From the NCBI RefSeq assembly GCF_037042905.1, contig NC_087251.1:12650001-12714000 (forward strand): 64,000 bases of DNA, written 5' to 3'. Each line of letters begins with the position of its first letter. Position 1 is the stretch's first letter. A program made the translations under genes and the position numbers. The stretch comes from Lytechinus pictus. Taxonomy: Eukaryota. The notes beneath the pieces were generated by a model that saw nothing but the letters and a program-made list of their open reading frames with translations, made no database searches and was not told the DNA's origin. Below are positions 51,913 through 64,000 of the stretch, piece by piece.

Positions 51913-53655
51913 CGTTATAGTATGTGCCTGTGTTTTTTATTCCTGTTTTCTGCCATTTGTTATTTCTGTTTGTCATTATTCATGTAGTAATAATACCTAA
52001 TTAATAACCTACTTATTACCATTAATTATTGCTGCAGTTTTATTGTATCATGATACAATAAATTTCAGAACAGTACTATGTCATTGCTTCTTTATGTCAA
52101 TTTATGTTGTGTTCACTGCTCTTAACTTTTAGAATCATAACACATTCTGACAGCACTAACTATCACTAATGTAAAGATTACAAACCAAAGAATAAAAGCA
52201 CCAACTTTAGCAGACAAACACGATCAGAGTCCTAGATGCCATATTGATTGTGTCCTTTTCCAAACTCTTGAACTCTGATTTGTTTCGGATTTGCAGCAGC
52301 CCCCATAGCTGCTGTGAAAATGACGTCAAGACACCAGGGATGGGATAGAAGAAGGTCATATAACAATTCTCTTTTGACTCATACTTAAAGAGCATGTCAA
52401 CAAGTCCTCAAAAGATCAGATGAAGGAGTGAGCTATGTCTCCGGAAATATGTAACTCTATAAAGTTCTGTAAATTTACAAACCTGTATACAAACATGTTT
52501 AAAAATCAAAATATTTTTTCTCATTCGATAGTTTTTATTCACTCTACTTCAATTTAAAATGTACATAATAAAGCAAAGTTTAAAAGATATTTAACATCAT
52601 TCACTTGACCAGTATTGGAAGAAATCTTCGGTTCTACGATATTTCCAGTTCCAACCATGGATCCTAATAGAACAAATTGTAAAATGGTGTTTAATAATGG
52701 TTCAATGTAAATTTCATAACCCAACAAACCTTTACTGCTTCTCTTTTAATTAAAAAAAAATTCCCTTGAAGTAAAAACAGATCCAGAGAAAATCATTTCC
52801 TTCATACACCATTACAATATTTTTAATTTAGATCTTAAAAAATTCTATGATCTAACATTTCTTATTAAAAATGGTATCTTTTTATAGATAAAGTTACTAA
52901 TGCATTCTGTAACCGTTTTAAAATGTTATGGATCACCGAGGCTCGAGTGCTCGGGTAGGAAAGGTAACTTCCGTTTGGAAGAAATGTCACATCCGACAGG
53001 CTTCTTTCCCCCAAATAACTTAGCACTTACATTTTTTGAAAACTAAAATAGTTAATGCAATAAGGAGTTTCAAAATACTTTCTGTCATTTAAAGATTGAT
53101 ACTATACCCACATTTTCAAGAGATGTCAGTTTCTATTTCATCAAAATATTCCTAACATCTTGAACTTTTAAAATCAGTGCATAACTTTCCAATAACTTTC
53201 AAACTATTGAGAGTGGACACACCTTATTAGGGTGGTTCTAATGTCAATGAAAACTTTTTCAAAGGGCAGGCAGGAAGCCCAAGTGTGAATGCGTCATAAT
53301 GATGACATTTAACTTTCCTTAATGTCTTGTCATATTGTCAGGATCGATATCATCCTGCATTGTAGAAAGAGACAATTTTGATATCTATTCATTGATATGT
53401 AAAATTGGAATATAAAAAACATCTGGGACATCTTTTAAACTATTCTACAAATCAAATAAAAAACATCACTTAAACTTGTAAAGTAAAATTGAAAATGGTA
53501 TCATCAGAATGCTTTCTCCTTCACTCTCATAACTATGAGTTATCAAAAAAAGCATATTACAACAGCTTCTGGAAAGGGAAAATACATTCCACTCAACAGG
53601 GAGATCTAATTTTTTAATGAAATACATCATTTTTTATAATTCATTTGATCTTCTT

Positions 53656-53823
53656 CACTAAAAAAAGGGCATGATGATTAAGCCCGCAATTTAACAAATG
53701 TTTAAACTTTTATAAACAACTTGTTTCAAGGTTTAGCAAGCTTATTTAAAAGTTAAACATAATAGTTGTTGGAGTGACAGGATTAATCAATGTGCTTAAA
53801 ATTAAACAATTTTTTTTACAGTG
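53656..53823. mobile_element. Degraded CAC-terminal palindromic MITE
   Basis: CACTAAAAAAA...TTTTTTTACAGTG with repeated TTTAAAC motifs, resembling 18865-19083. Confidence 0.4.
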
Positions 53824-55439
53824 TTGTGTGAATGACACTCTGAAATTGTCTTTTTTTTTTTAACTAATAAATAACATTGTAAGAAAAAAGATTTTTGAGC
53901 AAATTGAAATTTGTGAATGAAATTTTTAAAGCAAACTTACACAAAAATATGCAATTTTGAAAGCAAACTGACACAAAAATATGCAATGATGTGAATGACC
54001 ACTTGAAAGTTTGTGCTGACTTATGTGTGCCCCTGTCTGTCTGTGTCTGATCTGCATGCCCTAACGCAACCCTGCTTCCATGATCATACTGGATCAACAT
54101 CAATCAACTATCTTAGGAACATGATATGACAAGACATCAAAACAAAAATTACAGGCGTTGAACGTTACTGTATCTATGTTTATTCAATGTTACAATGCTG
54201 ATATACTATGTGCATGATGAAACACATGGATACACAGTTTAATGATAAAAACATTCTCACAAGAGTTCAGAGTTTTACTTATGTATTTTCTGGTAAAAGT
54301 TATCATTTCCAAAATTTATGCAAATCATGAATCAAGTCTAACTCTAAACAGATGAAGTTTCGCTCTGATGAAAGAATTTTCATTAATTAGATAAAAAGGA
54401 AACACATTTTCATTCAAGAGGGACAGCTGTACTGGTTTCCTTAAAAAGGTTGTAAACAAATTAAAGTTTAATCACTGATATAAAAAAATAGTCTTTATCC
54501 TGTTTCCCAATTACACAAATAACATTTTAACAGCTGGTTCTTTTCAAATGTTAATTCGGAGGAGGGGTTATGGAGATGGGTACTTGTGGAAATGAATGAA
54601 TTATTTCATTGTGTTGCTGCATGTAAGGCTCATCTGCAAGCACAATTTGTTTACAGAGGGGTTTTCTCATTCTTGTAAATGAAATAAAATGTTAATTTAT
54701 AATTTATTCATAAAATGTTCATAATTGATTTTAATGTTATTGCCTATCTGAATACATTGTACCTGTGTAGACTGTGCTTGTTGATATGTAGTGAAATGTG
54801 AATAATTTTACCAAAACATCTATTACATGAGTTTGAGTTATGTTAAATGCTGTTTATGAGTATGTAATCGTTAAATTCAGACAATATAAGACCTATTTAA
54901 TCAATAAGCCAATCATCCTGAAGCTATCCCTGCTCATCATAGTATCCAATGAACATCATTGTCTCTTTAGAAGTCTGAGGGCTGTAATATTAACCAATGT
55001 CTTTCAGTTCACTGCAAGACCTCATTTCTAAAGCATGAATACTAAAGCCTGCCCAGTTGTATTAATTGCCATAATATGTTCAGATGCACAGAAAGGTAAG
55101 TTGCTATTGATTCATATGGCAAAGTAATGCTCTGTCATTAGCTTTGTTATATTACATTTCACTACTCAGCGTTCAGATACATTTTGAATATCCATTAAAT
55201 AGCTATACATCGTTAGGTATAAGATATGTTTTTAGTCTGAACAGAGGGCTAGGGAAACAACAAGCTAATCAAGTAAGTGTGCATGGTTACTCTCAGAATA
55301 GCAGTCAAGATGTCAATGATGGAGAGAGATAGAGGGAAGATGTAATTAATTGGTTTGTTAGAGGAGACTTGTTTTGTTGCAGTTCTTACAAAATGGTTCT
55401 GATTAATGAAGACTAGGGCCCCTCATCAGGTAACAATAT

Positions 55440-55896
55440 TGGGTAAATACTTCTGATATATTGTAATTCCGATGAAAATAATTAATAATTAAAGATTAAG
55501 AAAGTTATTAGAATTTTTAAGTTTTGGATTTGTGATGTCACAAATGAGCAGCTGCCCCAAATGAATATGTAATATAAAATGCATGAATTTCATTATTTCA
55601 ATGGTTCCTGATGATTTATTTTATTTTTTTCATGATCGGATGTGAAATGATTTGTCTATTGATATACAAAGGACCGAAAGGTACAGTAAAAACCATTTTC
55701 TATTTTCTGAGAAAATGACATTTCATTGATTTATTACCATACAATACGTAGGAATGCTGCTCGCATACGACGTCACAAATTAAATGTTCTAATAACTTTT
55801 TTATTCTTTGATGGATTTTCTCAAACCTTCGCCAATATTTTAATTATTTTTTCTGCTATTTGTACAATAAAGTTTTTGTCAGGGAGAACTTCCCCT
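55440..55896. mobile_element. Truncated copy of the 23530-23994 MITE family
   Basis: Right end TTTGTCAGGGAGAACTTCCCCT-TTAA; internal similarity (GACGTCACAAAT, TTTTTCTGCTATT). Confidence 0.65.
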
Positions 55897-56013
55897 TTAA
55901 TTCTTTGAGAATGAGGTAAGCATTGAACATGTCTTTAAATCAATTTTTAAGTCGTAATATTTCATCAGCTATCACTCTCTGTGTCCTATATCAGCACTTA
56001 TGCACGGGTCAAA

Positions 56014-56274
56014 CACTGCAAAATCTGAGGTGTTGAAAATGACACCAGATGGTGACTATAGCAAACTATACCCTATGACACAAGTTGGTTTCTACAGAGA
56101 ACAATACCCTAAGGTGTAATAATTACAAATAGAGTTTAAACACAACATCAAGAGTGTACAAAGGTTTTAGTATCACACCAGTGTGTTGAACTTACACCAT
56201 GAATTTGGTGTAAACTGATTACTGTGGGGATGTTGGCCCTCGTATGCACACGGATTAACACCAGTTTTTATTGT
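56014..56274. mobile_element. Degraded MITE with CACTGCAAAA terminus and ACACC motifs
   Basis: CACTGCAAAA..GGTGTT on the left versus AACACC..TTTTTATTGTG on the right. Confidence 0.4.
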
Positions 56275-58120
56275 GTAGTGTCGAGTCCAAGTATGCCTTC
56301 AATACTATCCTCAAGAAAAGCACTTTTCAGTAGGTCACCCACTCAAAATAGCTCACCTATATACCAATCAGGATCTATGTCATAGGGATATATTTATACA
56401 TCATTTATCTTGAGGTCTAAGCCCGCAGGGGCCAAGAGTTTCCTTGCTAACTTTTGGCACATTGCGGTCACTTGTTTCCTATATCACAGCAACGCAACAG
56501 CTGCATGAGGAAGATTTTTTTAAACGAAAAATGATACGATTTTACAGGAAAAGGGGACTGCTTGTCTACGTCATTATGAAAGAAAATAACTTGAAACCTT
56601 AGTCCATCCCCTCATAACAACAAATAAAACCAAAACAAAACAGGGTGGAAAATTGCATGATTATCAAGACCATTAACTTTAAGCTATAAGCCATCATTTT
56701 CCAAATTAACAAACAAGAACAAGGTAAGGTGCTACATTCAAATTATAAAATGTAAGATGTCATCAATTTTAGTACTCATTAAGGTATGGAATGTGTCAGC
56801 TTTCAAAATAAATAAATGAAAATTAAAAAGAAAAATGTTAATTTAAAAATGTCTACAAAAAAGAGAATTATGTAAGACTTATTTTTAACAAAGCAATCGA
56901 TTTTCTTGTTTTGTTTAGTTCCAATTGTAATTCTTAGCACAATAGCACTAATGAGCATCATCATTTATCACTATTTTTTTTAAAAGAACCCTGTAGAAGT
57001 ACAGAAATACGAGAGGTATCTTTCTTATTTTGAAATAACCAGCCAAAAAGTTTACTTCCAAATACATTTGAAAGCTTTGACATTTAAACAGGATCATGAA
57101 AAAGCTCTGATTTCACTTTCTCCGCATCTCCCTTCCCGCCTCCTCAATAACCCTTTTTTTTTCAAGTCGTGTTTTCAGAATGACCAACTTATTTTCGGTT
57201 TTGGAACATTAGCCCACTCGTGATTATGCAGATTACAAATAGCTCAAGCTTTTTCACTATATTAGAAATAGCTCACCATTTACCTCTTGGGGGTGTAACT
57301 CCCTGGAGAATACAACCGTTAACCCACTGAATACTGAATTCTTCTGCAATATTGCTCCTCTTTTCAATCATTTTCCCTCAAATCAAATCACATAAGACCT
57401 CTAGTCTACAGCCAAATATTTGAATACAAACAATGTTGGAGGAGTCAATACCTTTGAAAGCCTTAAACCAGGGGTTCAAAACACAAAGTTTGCAATATAT
57501 TAGTCAGCAGGCACATACCCTTGGTTCTCGCAATTCACAAAGTGCATTAAACAGTCTGAAGTAGTGAGACTAGATTTGCTGTCACTGGCTCTCACAGACA
57601 GAGCCTTTGGCATCTAGTCTTCAAAGTATACAAATTATTGGTTAAAGTGTCTAATATATGAGTCTGTGATTGCAGAAGAGCAATAAATCGCTAAATGATA
57701 ATGACCAATTAAGATCATTGTTACATGCAAATTTTGTTCACAGCACTGACCAGAAACCAATCAGAAGGGTTCTTTCATATTTGCAACCCATCCATCGCAA
57801 ACCTTTGTGTTATATACTCCAGATACAGGAAGAGAGGATATATTTGTTTTGGTCTGGTAGCAAAATAATTCCACATTGCCAAAAAGAAGTCATGATTACA
57901 TACAACAATATGAATTGGATGGGGGTTTTCTAATTATTTTTTTGTTTAACCTAAGCTGTAACATGTTCTTTATTATTCTTTACATGAAATTGAGTTTATT
58001 AATGTTGCGCTAACGCTTCCCAAGAAACCATGTTTTCAGAAAACATTAAAAATGCTTATTGTTGCCCAATTTTAAAATATGAACATATACTTAGACAGCT
58101 AAATTGTAATGAGAACTTAC

Positions 58121-58220
58121 CTTGATGACCCGCTAATTGAACCCAGGGATATTTCTTCTTGAAGGATTGGACAAAGGGTGACCAGTGAACCATGTTGCGG
58201 ATTTTTCTCCAAGAACTTGC
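58121..58220 (-). CDS. ITPKB: Inositol-trisphosphate 3-kinase exon (calmodulin-binding segment and start of catalytic domain)
   Basis: 100 nt, phase 0-1: [33 protein letters not shown](G), closely resembling the vertebrate ITPKB segment; TTCTTACAG acceptor, GTAAGT donor. Confidence 0.97.
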
Positions 58221-59289
58221 CTGTAAGAACAAATAAAACAAGAGAAGTACACGTCAAGATACCAAATAAATATTAACCATTAATTTCATTAATTTTATTG
58301 ATATCCTACAATCACCTCAGTCCACATAATGACCAATAAAATGAACTGAAGGGGAAAAACATGGAAGCTAAAAATACCTTGGTACTTTAAAACAGAAAAA
58401 AGCAATAAATGTTATCAACCTGAATGATATCCATTAATCTGGCTGATAATAACAAATCCTGTAGAACTGTGACAGAAAAATCTGCTTCAATGAATTTGGC
58501 AAGCAGCATTTGCCTTCAGCGCAAAGAAAAGATGAAGCCTCATTTCCACTTGCAAATACAAATACATGTATAAACCATTCAAACTTTAGTGAGAATCAAA
58601 CTTTCATGATCAAGACAACGATCAATGCATGAGATTGAATGTTATGTGTATAAACAAGGGAATAAATCTGCAAAGAAATCAAAATGAAATCAGAGCTAAC
58701 GAAGAGGTTGGTTTTACAGATGAATGCTATGGTTACAAGTTTACAACGGCTAAGGAAACGGTTGTTGCTACTACATGGTTATCATATATATTTAATGACA
58801 AGTCAATTGAACTCCTCAAAAAAAAATACTCAAGAGCTTACATTACTGTCTATATTCTACATATGTTTTTAGAATCCAAACACAAAACAATATCAAAATT
58901 AGCAAACCTACGCAATGAAAACCAAAACTAGTCGCCCCCAGGAAGATTTTTATACTTCCGGCTATTAACCCCTCAATCCAGGACATAAACAACTCAGTTT
59001 CATGCAAAGTTGGAAATGGCGCTTAGTTTCACTTGTAAGAGTATTTTTTTTAATCATATGTACGTAATGAATTAATATTCAGTATCATTTAATGGTGGTA
59101 AATAATACGACCCTGGTATTAAAAACTATTTCAATCTATTCTCATCCCATACACAAATGGTGGGAGATGAAATTATGTATATTGCTTTGCAGTAGTTTCC
59201 TTTACCTTTATCAAGAACTGTAAAAATCAAATGATTTTTAACAAATCACAACCATGTATTTTGGACCTGTGATTGATACCTTAAGTGAT

Positions 59290-59520
59290 GTCTTGAAGCA
59301 AACCTTTTTGCAACAGGCCCAGGATCTAGTAGACAGGTTTCAGATGCTAGAAAAGCCACATGGACTAAAGAAATATATAATCAACTCTATAACTTTAAGA
59401 AAATTACAGACAAAGAAGTTATGTGTTAATGAGAGTTGGGGCTGGACTTCCTCCCAAACAACGGAAGACACTGAAACCCAGTATGAAATAATTAGGAAGA
59501 CCAATTATGAAAACTTAAAT
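59290..59520 (+). mobile_element. Possible decayed RTE-type LINE reverse-transcriptase fragment
   Basis: QQAQDLVDRFQMLEKPHGLK...INS...QTKK...EIIRK resembles the region after the FADD motif of RTE ORFs; similarity judged by eye only. Confidence 0.35.
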
Positions 59521-59939
59521 TTGCCCTTATTAAGCATTCCACTAGCATGATTTGTAGAGGAAGTGGTTCTTAACAGAGGGGGAGGGGGCAACTTTGTAAA
59601 GAGGCTAGTTTACTTCAAATAACTTATAACATAATTTCAATTTGCACTATAACAATTTAAACAGATGTACACAGGCTGTTTTGCAACTTGAGGGATCTTT
59701 TTTCAAATTTTGGGGTGACTTTCCCTTGTTCCATATGTTATGACTGGTCCTTATCATGCATCAATATTTCACTAATCGGGACTATAAATTTGGGACTGAA
59801 ATATGTGATTGACACAATAAATTGATATCCTTTTGTCTCTCGAATGTATCCAAACAGGGGAAAAAATCAATCAGAGTACAATTTTTCTTGGTGAGCTTGC
59901 AGCTATTTTCAACATTTCTTTCTCATTATTGAACAAACA

Positions 59940-60369
59940 TATACCCCTTTCATAAACCCAATAAAACCTATCCTCCAATTAGCCGCCTAAGAGTAATGCG
60001 GATAATTCAATAAAAATTGCGTTCACAAACTCCGAAAATTATCCGCATTATCTTTACGAGCGCCCGTCCTGAAAAAGGCGGATAATCGTCATGACAACTG
60101 GACACGACCCCTCCAATGCGGCTGTGTTGGAAAAGGGTGACCTTGTGACCGCACCATGGCAATTATCCGCATTATTTGGAAATACGTTCATAAACTCAAA
60201 ATCTTGTCCCGATGCCGCTATTATGCGGATAATAGCAGCATCAGAATAATGCGGATAATAGCAGCATCAGAATAATGCGGATAACTCTTGTCCTCCTCTG
60301 ATTTTACGACCAAATTATGCTGCTATTAGCCGCATAATTGGGTTTTATTGGGTTTATGAAAGGGGTATA
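59940..60369. mobile_element. MITE with ~30-bp perfect TIRs
   Basis: TATACCCCTTTCATAAACCCAATAAAACC / GGTTTTATTGGGTTTATGAAAGGGGTATA; internal repeated GCGGATAAT motif and a 26-bp tandem duplication near 60224-60285. Confidence 0.88.
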
Positions 60370-61047
60370 AGGAAATGGAAGTTTGACATGAATACATATC
60401 CTTGGCTCAATGACATGCACAGGAAGTTACATCAATTGAATAAAAAGGTAAATATCAATTTTATCATGTCATGCATTTTTAAAATAACAATCTCATGAAA
60501 ATGCTACATGCAAAAAAATACCAGAGTTGAGATCCACATGAAGTTTAAATACTAAAAGGGAATAAAATTTGACAAAATTGAACAAATCTTATTTTGTCTA
60601 ATAGAAGCCCCTTGAAGTGTGTAACCTGTGTCACTTGTGGGTGGGGAGGGGCAGGGAAAGAGATGATTCAATGTATCATGCAGTAGTCTGGTATACTGCT
60701 ATGTCAGAAGACATCTTTCTTTCACATAATCTTTACAAAGATATTAGATTTAAAAAAAACACACAATGACAATTTGTTAGATGGCTCAAAACTAAACCAT
60801 ATTTGCTACTTAAAAACAGTAGTCTCTCAAACATTGCAAGCAATGTACAACCAAAATAAAACAAATCAACACTCTAATTATCAAAGATGTCAAATCTTGG
60901 AAATCTTGCAAAAAGACAAAATAAATCATAAAAAACAAGCAAAAGTGCATAAAAGCAATATGTTGGACGCAACGTAGAGTTATAATTCATACAGTCCAAG
61001 GCCTGAAGTAAACAACACTGAATATTTCTTTAAAAATGATAACCTAC

Positions 61048-61191
61048 CAGTATGAAGACAACACATCCAACAAGTATCTCAACATAGACTTCTGAGGAGA
61101 ATGAGAGACTTTTCATGGCTGCCACATTAGAAATGAACGAGGTAGATGAAGGAGGGACTGTTTCAGGTCCAGTGAAAGTCCTGGATGGCAT
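61048..61191 (-). CDS. Candidate alternative first coding exon of the IP3 3-kinase, ending in a hydrophobic stretch
   Basis: ATG at 61191 preceded by an in-frame TAA; 48 codons MPSRTFTGPETVPPSSTSFISNVAAMKSLSFSSEVYVEILVGCVVFIL; donor CTG|GTAGGT in phase 0, compatible with exon 58220. Confidence 0.45.
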
Positions 61192-62330
61192 AATGAAGAG
61201 TTACCAAGAGAAACACAAGAGCTAATCTTCAAACCCAAAGGCACCCCTATAGGTCAACCTTGCATCGGTACGTTGTTCAATTCTCTGATGGAACAATGCA
61301 GTTGACTGAACTGGAAGTCTCTGACAAGTGGTGGAAGTAAGACAGGTGCTCAATTAATGTGATGGACAGACTGCAGCAATGGATGGCAGAGTGATAAATG
61401 CAGAGCAACTTTAAGGTTTTGAAGTACAACTGATGGACTATCAGTTGACCAATGACGCTACTCTCTGTCAAGTTGTAGAGTAATGTGGGCAAACTTTCAG
61501 CAAGTCAGGGCTATCAATGATTCGGCAGGCACTTTCTAGCTCTTGGCTCTGACGACATCATCAGGGGGAAGGAAATCTCTTGCACTGGGTTGCTAAGCGT
61601 TGCTAAGTGACGTCTGTCACTTCCAACCAGCCATTCACACTCTGGTTCTGTATCTCCGTTTGATGAAACAGTGTGTTTCTTGAGCTTGGCTTTGTGCACA
61701 GAGCAAGCATGTGTGCCTCGATGAGTGAGGAAGAGAGGAAGTTTTCACTTATATACCAGAAAAAAACTGTTACTCTCTGGATTCTGTTAGTGAAGCCAAG
61801 CGAATGCAAGGCAGGGAAAGCAATCAAGCTATCTGAGAAAATATGAACTACACCCTCTACAGTTTGCTGCCTTACAGTTCATTCACTGGAAATACAATTG
61901 GTCACAGAAAATACTTTTCATGTTGATTTAAGTGTTATTTTTTCCAAAGATGAAATTGCATGTCTATATAGAACCAATTAGTAAAATATTGCTTCAGCAT
62001 TTATGGTAATACTCCATTAAAACAGGTGGATCCAAAACACATTTATATAATGCCAATTGTTTTAGGGCACAAAATTAACAAAAATCCCTTTCGATCATTT
62101 ACCATCTGAGACATAATGATATATCCTATCCCATTTTAATTTTCAATGAATGAATGAAATCTTTGAAATTGTTACAACTTATTGATGCAACAAACAATAT
62201 ACTGTATATGACAATGTGTCTTGAACTCGCAACAATTGTGTTGCATCACAAAAAGCTGGGGGTTTCAGTTACAAAAAAAATGTATTATTTACCATTAAAA
62301 GTTTTATTTACATTTCTTGTCAAGCAGTGG

Positions 62331-62623
<293 letters not shown>

Positions 62624-63332
62624 ATCACTGACAATTTGTCGGCGTTCTTCTGAACCGTAGTATCAGTCAATTTGGGGGGGGGGTTTAAATCAATATTGAG
62701 ATTTTTGCAGAAAATGAAATTATTCTGTTCATAACTAAATTTCTAGGTACCAACTTATTTTAGTTTCTGAGATATGAAACTAAAATAAGTTGAAACTGAC
62801 AAATTTATCATCATTATGGTAAGAACTGTTGTTATCCATATGGATGTCAAATTATCGCTACCATTATTATCATATTCATAAAACAGGTTAGGTTTTTTTT
62901 AGTAAAGTAAATGAAATTTATTAATTTCAAGAAATGTGTGGCCAAGAATGGAAAATCCTAAACCTAAACAATATGTAAAATATCTACTTCAAGTTAAGAA
63001 TTTTCTAGAGCAAAATGATACAACTTTATTCCAATATCTTATTTCTCCTTTCATAATTCAAAAAAAATAATTCTAAAATGAAATATGATGGGAAATCTCA
63101 AGAAAAAGATTATTTAGCAAAATGATACACCATATTTCAAAATCATACTACTCCTTTCATCATTCCAAAGAAATTATTACAAAGTGAAATGATATAGAAA
63201 ATCTGTGCATTTATGGCATGAATACTCTTCACAAAACCACAATGACTAAGAGAAAATTAATGAAAATTCTGGACATCTACTGTATCCATCTTCCCTAAAT
63301 CTCAGAGATTCCAATTGCAAACAATAAAGATG

Positions 63333-63396
63333 GTTGCCATGGTAATATCTATGTAAGAAGGTAAGTGTTGCCTGGCAACAGGGTTGCCATGGCAGT
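63333..63396. promoter_or_regulatory. Cluster of three RFX X-box-like motifs
   Basis: GTTGCCATGGTAAT, GTTGCCTGGCAAC and GTTGCCATGGCAGT within 64 bp. Confidence 0.55.
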
Positions 63397-64000
63397 GGCA
63401 TCGGGAAGGAGAAAAGGACCAAGGAGTAAGAAGACATTTCTTATCACTATGAAGCATAGGGAATATGTTAAGGTAACAATTAAAAATCAAATTAGGAAAA
63501 CATTCAGATAGAGATTAAAAGGGATTAAATGCCTTCAAGGGAGATTGAAGTGATCGGTATAAATCATACAAACTCATGAAATTCTGTCTCTCTATATACG
63601 GGACCACTTGGTCACACTTAAGAAGCGATACTATGATAGGAAAGAAAAAAGAAATACTTCAAAAGAATTCATCTAAGGTTCTAAAGAACAGATATTGCCA
63701 ACATTGTGATACTAGTTTATTTTGTAAGATCTCCTTATTCAGCAGCTCTCTGATATCCACATAAATTCAGAAAACACAGTACAGGCTATTTAGGGCCTAC
63801 ATTTAAGTGCTCAAAATGCCATTTTTCAAGAAAATAAAAGTCACAGACAGACCCCCCCCCCATCCCCCACCTAACCACCCCATTCTCCCAAAAAAGTAAT
63901 AAATAAACCCTAAAATACAAATAAAATACCAATAAAACTGTAACTAATAATTAAGGTCTCAAGTTCTCCAGATGAGTCTTTTGCAGACTTTCTTAAAGCA

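Noticed and set aside
58629..58931. 100-aa plus-strand ORF as an independent gene
   Set aside because: AT-rich, no convincing homology, antisense within an ITPK intron; at most a decayed LINE remnant.

Overview
AT-rich, intron-rich animal genomic DNA. The repeat types suggest an echinoderm such as a sea urchin (inference, not provable here). There are two minus-strand genes in tandem. (1) An inositol-1,4,5-trisphosphate 3-kinase (ITPKA/B/C family): seven phase-consistent exons from 58220 down to the stop at 34104, covering the calmodulin-binding segment and the whole catalytic domain. It contains a GT-AG U12 (minor spliceosome) intron, has a candidate alternative first exon encoding a hydrophobic anchor, and is accompanied by several RFX X-box motifs. 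(2) An LGR/RXFP/GRL101-like 7TM receptor with no visible ectodomain and degenerate DRY/NPxxY motifs. Its 7TM exon has a strong internal splice donor that joins in frame to two downstream exons whose product resembles a degenerate protein-kinase N-lobe, giving a candidate GPCR-pseudokinase fusion. Between the genes is a nested pair of foldback-type transposons with minisatellite inverted arms and 9-bp target duplications. Many non-autonomous DNA transposons, SINEs, a Helentron/HINE-like element and microsatellites are also present. Almost all ORFs in the supplied track are spurious.
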